Below, one piece after another: positions 1 to 8,879 of a stretch of DNA of 20,000 nt (its first letter is position 1; each line of letters starts with the position of its first letter). The stretch spans positions 48,596 to 68,595 of the forward strand of contig UYFQ01000549.1 of the NCBI GenBank assembly GCA_900617105.1, given 5' to 3'. A model generated the notes under the pieces. That model saw nothing but the letters and a program-made list of their open reading frames with translations. It was not told the origin of the DNA and ran no database searches. The position numbers and the translations under genes were made by a program. The stretch comes from Hydrurus foetidus (Eukaryota).

Positions 1-545
1 GAGAAATTGTCGTCTCGTCTATTGGAGAGAAAGGATGGTGTGTTCAGTGTGACTCACTAAAAATTGAAATGGGGTCAATAAAGAAAGAGTTAGGGTTAAT
101 TCGTGCTAGAGATACTATTGCTGAAGTGGTTGCTGTTGTCTATGATAATATTGAATTTGTTCATGAAGGTCATTCAATAAAGAAGTACGGTGATGTTCAC
201 GATCTCCGCAAAACACTTCGGAAATCAGGGCAAGATATGTCAGGTTTGAATAGAGCCGTAGTATATTCGGTCGCCAAATTTATTGATAAGAAAGCACGTG
301 ATGCGGGTCCTGCGTTCGACATCATATGCCGTTTCAAATCGGAAAGAAATCGCGAGGTTCATTCTCTACCTACCTTTATAGCTGCCAAGAAAGCGATTGA
401 GTATTATTGCGAAAATAGCGATGATGTTCCCATTAAAGAAAAGGAATACGTTCAGAGTTGTTTTTTAATCTTCGCCGAAAAAGTATGCTACCTGGAACAA
501 GAAACTAACTGTTATGGGAATGCTTCAACTGAGTTAGATTCGTAA
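1..545 (+). CDS. 3' part of a hypothetical protein (open from the window start; CxxC then coiled-coil-like segment)
   Basis: The frame of ORF 69..545 is open back to position 3 (EIVVSSIGEKGWCVQCDSLKIEMGSIKKEL...). It ends in TAA followed by AT-rich sequence. No family recognised. Confidence 0.5.
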   Translation, partial: EIVVSSIGEKGWCVQCDSLKIEMGSIKKELGLIRARDTIAEVVAVVYDNIEFVHEGHSIKKYGDVHDLRKTLRKSGQDMSGLNRAVVYSVAKFIDKKARDAGPAFDIICRFKSERNREVHSLPTFIAAKKAIEYYCENSDDVPIKEKEYVQSCFLIFAEKVCYLEQETNCYGNASTELDS

Positions 546-912
546 TTGTTCAATTATGAACAATTGAAAAGGATCTTATTTTACTACCGATCACTCTTGT
601 TTTCTAAAGTTCTTTTCATACTTGCGCCTGAATCCTCCACCGCAGCCGTGAATTGCGATTCGTCAAATCGAAATACACCATTATCTTCATAAATAACTGA
701 AATAACTCTTCAATTCTTTTCTGTAATTTGGAACGAATAGAAATTCTACATCCGACATTAAAAGTGGCAACAAAATACAGAAAAAGCATAATACATCCAC
801 ACAAAATACACTCGCTAAGTTATACAGAAGATTCTAAATTTCTCCGGAAAATGACTGATTGAAAATCGAATTTATGGCAAGGAAATCATTTTAATCTTGA
901 TTATTTTAACGT

Positions 913-1807
913 TTACCAACTTATTTCTTCAGGAATAATTTCACTGGACGTCAGTAATACATTCATTCTCAAAAGAAGTTCCCGAGCACAGTTAAAAGTT
1001 GGAATGATTAAATCAAAAATGATAGGACCTGATTCTGTTGTGTCTGGAAACTTCACGATTATGTCACATACTGCTCAAGTATTTTTTAGGGTAATAAGTG
1101 ATTGAAATGGGAAATAGTGTTTCCAAAAATTCGCTACCGTCCAAAAGTTAGCACAATAAGCAGACGTAGTTGAGGATGATTGGAATCCCAGCATTCTTAA
1201 TTGTATTAATTGCATTTCACCATCCGGAAATTTATGATTCTTAAAATTGATCGATTGTGACGGTGTGCTCTGTGCCAAGATCATCAAACCATCGAGAAGT
1301 CCCTCTAAAAGCATCGTAGAAGTCGTCATGTTCTTCGCAAATTGGTTGATATTAAAGTCCAACGCAAAATTTGGGTCTGAAGACATTTGTAACTGATGTA
1401 TTACACAAACAAGTCCTGTTCGTGCAGCAATTAGTGAGTTCACTAGCGCTTAAAAATGCAGTCGCTCAGTAGGAATCCCTGCAGCCAACTCAACCGATTT
1501 TACCTGTGGTGGAAAATAACATTTTAATCAACTAATACCGTAGGAAGACATATGTAATGTACTTGGATTGATTTCTTTACACAGTTTCACAACGAATTCG
1601 CGAAACTTACAAGGATTCGTTGGATTCCTGCAGTGGTACCAAAGTTCGAATGCCATCACATTTCACTAAATAATGCGAGAACGCAAGTTTCGACTGCTGT
1701 GGGTCCTACGCAAATAATTACAACGCCCACAAGTGCAGTGGTGATGACCTAATGACTTCCAAAACTGTTTCAACAATCGCGAAATTGTCAGTCGTTCCAG
1801 CCGTCAT
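913..1807 (-). pseudogene. Decayed intron-containing gene of unknown function
   Basis: One frame runs 1503->913 after the acceptor ttttccaccacag (1504): VKSVELAAGIPTERLHF*ALVNSLIAAR...NFWTVANFWKHYFPF...KNT*AVCDIIVKFPDTTESGPIIFDLIIPTFN...SW*, with internal stops at 1450-1452 and 1075-1077. A possible first exon starts at ATG 1807 and carries further in-frame stops. Confidence 0.5.
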
Positions 1808-1999
1808 ACGGTTTTCGTTCGTACAACAGTACAACGAGTGGAAATAAAAAAAACACAATTAAAAGCGGTTGCATCAAGATGACTTCCGTTATAATAGTAA
1901 AATGAATATTATTTCTTGTAATACTTTCTAATACTTACTTTACTTAATCACACGATAGCTAGAAAAGCGACATTTGATACAAATGCGTTTATTGTGCGA

Positions 2000-2290
2000 C
2001 GGATTAAAAAAAGAAATGAAAATTTTTATAACTTAAGAAATGATGAATTATAAAAAATGTAAAAATTGTATCGAAAAATAAAAATGTAAAAATGTAAAAT
2101 CTTAATACAGAAAAATCTTAAATGATCTAAAAAATTGTGTATAAAAATATCTTAAAGGTTCTTAAATTTTGTATCGAAAAATAAGATTAAATAAGATAAT
2201 AAATGAGTTATAAATTAAAAACATCTTAAAAGTTCTTAAATACTGAAAATATACTCGTTTTTCTATCCAAATAAATCTCTCACGGTATTT
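2000..2290. repeat. Very AT-rich low-complexity tract with degenerate short repeats
   Basis: Recurrent aaaatgtaaaa and atcttaaa; tgtatcgaaaaataa occurs twice (about 2067 and 2170). Confidence 0.55.
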
Positions 2291-2366
2291 TGATAATTCA
2301 TTGGTCTTACCTTTGGTAAGAATTCTCTCTGTAAGAGAGACCAATGAATTGACTCCATATATGCTC

Positions 2367-4016
2367 TTATTCATTTGTATCAATAAATACTGTAACATAG
2401 CAAGCAGTGTGGTTATGTTCGACGGCCCAACCATGAGAATTGTTGGCCACTTTGTTTGTCGAAACACCATTGGTCTGACTGCCCTTCTCGGCACCGTCCG
2501 AGACGACTCCTGTAGTTTCGATGGATTTCAGCACATCTAAAAAGTTCCAATTATTTCCTTTCGGCATGAAGAATTCATCCAAGTCGATGACGAGAAGATA
2601 CTCTGACATCTCCCTCGAATGGTACAGACATGAATTAACCTGTATAATCTCCAGTGCATGCTTCTGAAACGACAATCCCGAGACGGAAATGACACGATCG
2701 ATTCCATCGCCACTGGAGGATGTCAGAGTCAGCTTGCCTGCAACAAATATTATTCTAGATCAGTGCCATATCCTAAATTTGAAGATAGTGGCGAATGGGC
2801 CATGTTTGATCTGCTAACATACCGTCATCAATGTGACTTTGAAAAATATCCGTGAAGCTATTCATAGCTTTTGAGTTCCATCCGAAAGGCAGAGGCAGAT
2901 TGATGTGGGATGCTCCTAGCAGCAAATGATGAGACACAAACTCCAAGTACATCGGTAGTGCGCTTTTAGTGGGCTCTTTGCTTGAGAAAAGAATACAGAT
3001 GTGTAGCTAATCAATAGCTTCGACTGCCGACTCCATCGTCAACTCATGCCCTCTCCATGCGTCAATCGTAGTAGCTGCTTTGGAGTGGGAAAGCAAGAAT
3101 CCTGTTTGCCGACTTTTCCAAGGGACAGCAAATGATGCTATTGTAGCGTTGCCTCTAATTATTTCCATGTGGATGCTTCCATTGCTGTTAGCAAAAGAGC
3201 AATATGCGGGGGACATCGCAGGATATCTAGCAATCTGTTAGCTGTCAGTCTGTTTGGCATGAGCACGCCCATCACCGTATAAGGTTTGGATTCCGACGAA
3301 TGGCGAATTTCACAACGAAACATCTCTTCATTTGCCATCTGGATTCTCGCACCTGACGGGTGGTATTGTGTATTTCGAAACTTAACGATTGTGCGCCGCC
3401 ACGTTTCCCTCATTATTGGATGAACTTTGTGAACATAAAGACTATCAACAGATGGTGCCAGTATGTGGTGACATATCATGAAGGTCGTGAGATAGAGGTT
3501 TGCCGATGACGATGAACGTTCGATCATCGAGCTTAGTATATATTCGCTCTCATCAGAAGCGAACGATGGAAGTTTTGTCCTCTGCAGAGCGTAGTCAACA
3601 GGATTCTTTCTCCTACGGGTGATGTCTTCGGCAAGTCTGGTAGATGAACCATATATAATACCTGATGCAGTGCTATTGAATGCATCCAGTGACGCTGTTG
3701 GGAAAGTTTTCTGAGCTGGTGTGGTGGCGCCTGAATTGAAATGTGGCGTGTAATCAGAAACGTGAAGCGATGGCCCTGCCAGCATCTTTGTGTCCACTAC
3801 AGCATTGTCATCGATGTCCCCTCCCAAATCTTGCGCGCCACTGTTGTGCCCGGCCCTTGCGATTAATTGTCGCTCAAGATCTGAATATAGAGGAGGCGAA
3901 GTGCTTGAAAGTGTTGTTTTGTGAACTCTACGTACCCACAAAGACACATGGACATTCATAACGATGACGACGATGAAAGCCGTACACCATCGAGCATGTG
4001 CCAGTAGCAGACGCAT
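2367..4016 (-). pseudogene. GT92/DUF23-like (GT-A fold) type II membrane glycosyltransferase pseudogene
   Basis: ATG 4016 followed by a hydrophobic anchor (WCTAFIVVIVMNVHVSLW). Frameshift near 3210 and in-frame TAG at 3007-3009, then LEFVSHHLLLGASHINL (EWxxxHxxxG-like). Intron 2822-2738 (gtatgt...ttgcag) joins in frame to GKLTLTSS...YLLVIDLDEFFMPK (DxDE motif). TAA at 2367-2369 is probably premature. Confidence 0.65.
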
Positions 4017-4243
4017 GTTTAGGGTTTTGAATGTTTACATGGGTCGGCAAGGTTGGTTTGAGTCGCCTCCCCGCTGTGTACAAATGGAATGCCTTTGGAA
4101 TATCATTGTGAAATAGCATCGAATCCATTGGAACACCTGGGGCGGTGTCGTCGAAACCTTTCCGTCGTTGGTACAGTATATAATATAATATGAGATGTTG
4201 GATGTTGTCACCACTTTTTCAAATGAATTTCGTGGGTGCCGTT

Positions 4244-4528
4244 TGTTGGATATTGTGCTGTAGGGCTACCGTTAGTTGCGAGGTGTACTTACGCGTGTAC
4301 GTTACCGAGTCCGGTTAACGGCGCGACACTTTGAATGCGTGAAAATGAATAAGTTAGTTAGCGTACTACACTGTAGTTGTGTAGCTGACCGAATAAACGT
4401 CGTGGCTAATGCACAGGGACATTAGTCACTAGTTTAACTAACAAGTACTGACCGAAAGTATTCGTTATTTTACAAGCCTTGGAACGTTCCGTACATCTGA
4501 GCTGTCCGAGAACTCTGGATTTCCAATA
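4244..4528 (+). repeat. 5' LTR of element A
   Basis: TGTTGGA...TCCAATA; 284/285 identical to 7619-7903 by manual comparison. Confidence 0.97.
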
Positions 4529-4538
4529 TAGTTAAACT
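4529..4538 (+). promoter_or_regulatory. Candidate non-tRNA (self-priming) primer-binding site of element A
   Basis: TAGTTAAACT directly after the LTR lacks the TGG of a tRNA PBS and is the exact reverse complement of AGTTTAACTA at 4431-4440. Confidence 0.6.
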
Positions 4539-4554
4539 GAGAGGAAGCATCGTG

Positions 4555-6123
4555 ATGCCTCCCAAACGTTTCCCAGAACCTAAAGATGCAAAGGAATGCA
4601 TGCTTCAGATTGGGAAATTCAACAACGTAGTCGCCTGGAACCTTGAGATGAGGTCCCTGACGGTGACGGCATACGGTAGTAGTGCCCTGTTCCTGACTAC
4701 GAACGAGAGATTCGTATATCCACTTCCACGAGAGGAAGATTTCCTGGTGGAGTATCCTGTAGGTCCCGACGATCTCCCTGCACTCGTGATGTCAGCTGCT
4801 CTCATTGCCGACTGCAAGAGGGACGCATTTACCGGCAGACAAAAGGATATCAGGAAACAGAAAGGGAACGAAAAGATGCTTTACGGATTCATTTGGGACA
4901 AAATGTCCACCGCTTCCCAAAGCAAAGTCAAAGAAGAGGAAGAGTTCGAACTGGCAGACGTCAATAAGGATCCTGTGATGCTGTGGACCCTTATCAGGCG
5001 CACTCACCTGACTCACGTACATGGGATTCAAGAGCCCATGGTTCGCCTCAACAAACGTGAACAGATCGCTAAATACAGCGCATTGAGACAAGGTGATAGG
5101 GAGTATATTGCCTCTTTTAAAATCCGTTATGACGCGCAGGTCCAGGCCGGCATTGGAGCCGGACTCCCTGCCATCGACGAAGAAACCATGGCTATGGACT
5201 TTCTCCACAAACTCGATCCGAAAAGATTCGACAGAATGCTCAATCATATGCGTAGGAACGCTATAAGTAACGCTGGGGAGTCGTATCCGGCTACTCTAGC
5301 CGCCGCAGTCCGGATAGCGTCCGCATGGCCAGATGAAGGTTCAGGGTCCGCGAATTCCAACCCTTCGGGAACCGATACCCACTCTGCCTTCCTCACAGCA
5401 GACTCAGCCTTTGTGACGAAGTCTAAGGACAAAAAGCCAAACGCTGCACCAACGCCCGACAAAGCTGCCGCTGGGAAGAAAAAGTCTCTCTCGGAAGTGG
5501 AATGTTATGTCTGTGGGGAATTTGGCCACTACGCCCGTGATTGTAAGGATAGGAAAGCTGCGGCAAAAGTCTTAGTCACCAAAACGTGTGGGGATGACAA
5601 CTTTGACGAGGACGGGTATGAGAAGGATGATGATGAAGGAACAATTTACGTTACGACATCCGAGACTGTTCTTTTCTCTATCAACGACGTACTACTGGAC
5701 AGCCAGGCCTCGGTCAACGTCTTTTGCAATCCTCTATTGCTCAAGAACGTGAGAAAATCGGATAGACATGTCCTATTGAATAGTGTTCAATCTGGTGCTG
5801 CTGGGGTCAAAATCACACAAGAAGGAGATTTCAACGACGTTGGGAAAGTGCATTTCAGCGCCGAAGCAACGGCTAACATATTGTCTTACGCTGTGATGGT
5901 GGACGAAGGAAACGGAGTTACATATGATCAGGAAAATGATCGATTCGAACTTAGACCATCGGGGAGTAAACTCATTTACTCATTCTGCAGGAAGAATGTT
6001 TCAGGGAGTGAGGGTCGATTCTACTGTTGCGACGTCAAGTCTATGGTGAAGACACGTGCAACAGTATATCCAGTAATTGTAGCTCATGCTATGAGAGAGA
6101 CAGAGCGTGAGAACATGCTTTAA
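4555..6123 (+). CDS. gag: Gag-protease part of the element A polyprotein
   Basis: Gag-like LRQGDREYIASF, CCHC knuckle CYVCGEFGHYARDC (5503-5544), aspartic protease-like LLDSQAS (Asp at 5698). TAA 6121-6123 is in frame with the downstream integrase. Confidence 0.88.
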   Translation: MPPKRFPEPKDAKECMLQIGKFNNVVAWNLEMRSLTVTAYGSSALFLTTNERFVYPLPREEDFLVEYPVGPDDLPALVMSAALIADCKRDAFTGRQKDIRKQKGNEKMLYGFIWDKMSTASQSKVKEEEEFELADVNKDPVMLWTLIRRTHLTHVHGIQEPMVRLNKREQIAKYSALRQGDREYIASFKIRYDAQVQAGIGAGLPAIDEETMAMDFLHKLDPKRFDRMLNHMRRNAISNAGESYPATLAAAVRIASAWPDEGSGSANSNPSGTDTHSAFLTADSAFVTKSKDKKPNAAPTPDKAAAGKKKSLSEVECYVCGEFGHYARDCKDRKAAAKVLVTKTCGDDNFDEDGYEKDDDEGTIYVTTSETVLFSINDVLLDSQASVNVFCNPLLLKNVRKSDRHVLLNSVQSGAAGVKITQEGDFNDVGKVHFSAEATANILSYAVMVDEGNGVTYDQENDRFELRPSGSKLIYSFCRKNVSGSEGRFYCCDVKSMVKTRATVYPVIVAHAMRETERENML

Positions 6124-7509
6124 TACACTAAGCGTGAGGTCGAAGGTGCTTACAGAGCAAGAGATCTGTTGGCCAGAATGGGATTCCCTCCCGTTTCTCA
6201 AGCGATCGATATTGCTACTCGAGGTGTGAACTTCACTGTCACTGCTCGGGATTTTCACGTTGCAAATGATATATGGGGTCCCGATATTGCATCTCTGAAG
6301 GGGAAGTCTAAGAAACACGCAACCAACATTGCAGAGATTGATATCACGAAACAGTTTATCCAGCAAGAACAGATCTTATCGGTTGACGTGATGTATGTCG
6401 AGGGCATCGCATCCCTCATCGGATTGGCGACACCGTTGGATCTTACGATGGCGGTGTCGTTGCTTACACTCGATTCAATTCATAGTTCGAGGTCAGCAGG
6501 TATCATTAGAGATGGAATACAAGGATTCATATCAACGTTGGCGTCGCGAAACTTCTCGACCCGACTTATTATGAGTGACGGAGAGGGGGCGATTGGTAAG
6601 ATAACAAGTCAGTTGAATCTTATGGGTATCGAAGTCGACGTTAGTGGTGCAGGGGGCCATATTGCCCGTATCGAGAGGAAAATTCAGACGGTAAAAGAAA
6701 GAGTTAGAGCACACATTGCACATCAACTCCCCTTTACACTAACCACTCTTTGCTTGCTTGTGGCAATGCTAGTACTGTTCTATGTGTCTAGGCTAAACTA
6801 CCAAACATCAGGACTCGGAACTGGATCCGAGAGCCCGAGGGTAGCTTTCTCCGGAAGACAAGTCAACGAATCACTAGACTTCAGAGCCAGCTTTGGACAG
6901 TACGCCCAACGCACAGTCGCCAACACCGACAGCTCTATGAGTGCGCGCACCGAGGATTGTATTGTTATGTTGCCAACCGGTAACAGAACCGGGTCTGTAA
7001 AGATGATGTCGATTAGGACCGGTAAGCTAGTCACTCGTGACCAATTCAAGCTACTCCCGATGCCATCTACTGTTATTGCCAGGCTTAATGAAATGGCAGC
7101 CGGAGAGGGAAGGAAGATTGGTATCAGAACTGACATGGTGTACAGTGTGGAGCGAGGGTTGGAGAAGAACGTTACGTACATGCAATCGACAGCCGACTTA
7201 GCCGCACCCACGGTGCATCCGGCAGAGCGCTATGAGGACAATTCGATTGGTCAGCTGGCGGATACTAATATCGATTTCAACACGGATACCGAGCCACAAC
7301 AAGAATCTTATTAGGCTGAAGAAATCGAGAATGACATACGAGATATGGATGCGCAAGTCAACTCTCCACAGCGTCAAATCGAGTTCAATACAGATGATCT
7401 CGATGTGGGACCATTTGTGGAATTCTACGAGCCAGTTATTGAAGCATTCAATCATCGTGACGCTTCAGTACCTGTCACACCACCGCGGTCGGGGGGTGCC
7501 AGAGAATAA
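6124..7509 (+). pseudogene. pol: Integrase region of element A pol, same frame as gag, interrupted by stops and truncated before RT
   Basis: DDE core SVDVMYV / SDGEG / IERKIQTVKERVR and C-terminal FGQY...PTGNRTGS. In-frame TAG at 7312-7314; the frame closes at 7507-7509 with no RT motifs before the 3' LTR. Confidence 0.88.
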
Positions 7510-7618
7510 TCGATGTAACGATATCACATATAGTCCACTGCAATATAATGTTTGATTGCGACTTCTGCTTAGCGAATATAATGATAATAATGTGTGAACT
7601 GCGGTATCCCTAGGGGTG

Positions 7619-7903
7619 TGTTGAATATTGTGCTGTAGGGCTACCGTTAGTTGCGAGGTGTACTTACGCGTGTACGTTACCGAGTCCGGTTAACGGCGCG
7701 ACACTTTGAATGCGTGAAAATGAATAAGTTAGTTAGCGTACTACACTGTAGTTGTGTAGCTGACCGAATAAACGTCGTGGCTAATGCACAGGGACATTAG
7801 TCACTAGTTTAACTAACAAGTACTGACCGAAAGTATTCGTTATTTTACAAGCCTTGGAACGTTCCGTACATCTGAGCTGTCCGAGAACTCTGGATTTCCA
7901 ATA
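7619..7903 (+). repeat. 3' LTR of element A
   Basis: Copy of 4244-4528, preceded by aggggtg (7612-7618) and followed by TSD CCGTT. Confidence 0.97.
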
Positions 7904-8174
7904 CCGTTATGTGCCCAATGATGCTCTGTTCAAAACTAGAAGCACAGATGGCAGAAGATGATTTTTTCCATTTTCATTTTTTTTCCCGGAACATTCCCTC
8001 TTGGAATAAGTCTGCCTTTTGGATCCTGGATCCATTCAGAGCACCTTGTTGATAGCAGTGGTTCGTTCAGAACACACTTTGCTTTCAGCTAGTCGACCAA
8101 GTCGTTCAAACAGCTCACTCAAGTGTAGGTATAATGGCTCACGGCCATATAGTCTCTTTTAATTAGAAGTGCTC

Positions 8175-8672
8175 TGTGAGTCAGACTGTGGAGTGAAGCG
8201 AGCTACCTGTTGGCTGCGGAAGCGCAAAGGAAAGACTGGCTGATGGAAGTGGTCTCGGAAGACGTGTTTACTTACAACGATCAAGTAGTAAAACAACTGG
8301 CGATGATATCAGAGAAGACAACCATCAAAGAAGCAAAGCAAAGCATCCATTGTGTGATCGCCGAAGTGGAAATATATTTAGCGAATATTCAAGTTGGCGA
8401 TTGAGCAATGGGCGGAACCCTCGCTGCTCATGAAATCGGATGCTTGGTGGAAACCGGATACCTGGTGGAAAGCCGGATGCTTGGTGGTGAAAAACCGGAT
8501 GCTTGGTGATGGCCCCGAAGGGGGATATCGCTAGAAGAACGATGAGCGTATGTACACAACAGTGTATGGCGGTGTTTTGGGTGAGGAAGCGCTACACTAC
8601 TTGTGACATGTGAATGCTAATCTACAGATGAAACTATGCTAACAGATCATGCATGAATATGCTGGACTGACA
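8175..8672 (-). repeat. 3' LTR of family B copy 1 (498 bp)
   Basis: TGTCAG...CTCACA on the minus strand, with PPT ACGGGGAG (8673-8680) immediately upstream. Confidence 0.95.
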
Positions 8673-8879
8673 CTCCCCGTAGTGAAGATGTAGCTGAACG
8701 TGTTATTGAGAGTATCGAAATGAATGATATGTGTATATATACTCCCCGTACTGAGGATGTACTCCCCGTACGAGAGATTTGGCAAAAAGTGTAAAAAGTT
8801 AGTTATAATATATGCGTGCACTCATATAAGATAGTAAAATTAGTACGTATGTTAGAAATATGGATATTAAGTATTTGTG

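Larger units (their letters stand above)
4244..7903 (+). mobile_element. Ty1/copia LTR retrotransposon A, 3660 bp, non-autonomous (gag-PR-IN, no RT/RNase H)
   Basis: Direct 285-bp LTRs, 5-bp TSD CCGTT (4239-4243 and 7904-7908), integrase directly after protease (copia order), PPT-like aggggtg before the 3' LTR. Confidence 0.95.

Noticed and set aside
3278..3289. TATAAGGTTTGG is the reverse complement of 13224-13235 in the candidate Harbinger TIR
   Set aside because: It faces the wrong way for a TIR pair, lies inside glycosyltransferase coding sequence, and lacks the terminal CC plus TAA/TTA.
913..7509. Alternative genetic code (TAA/TAG = Gln) to explain the in-frame stops
   Set aside because: Long ORFs of 460-780 aa contain no TAA/TAG, TAA ends the RT-RNase H frames at expected positions (8880, 12887), and frameshifts and TGA stops accompany the lesions.
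8433..8508. CRISPR-like array
   Set aside because: Units are directly adjacent without unique spacers, lie inside an LTR, and there are no cas genes.
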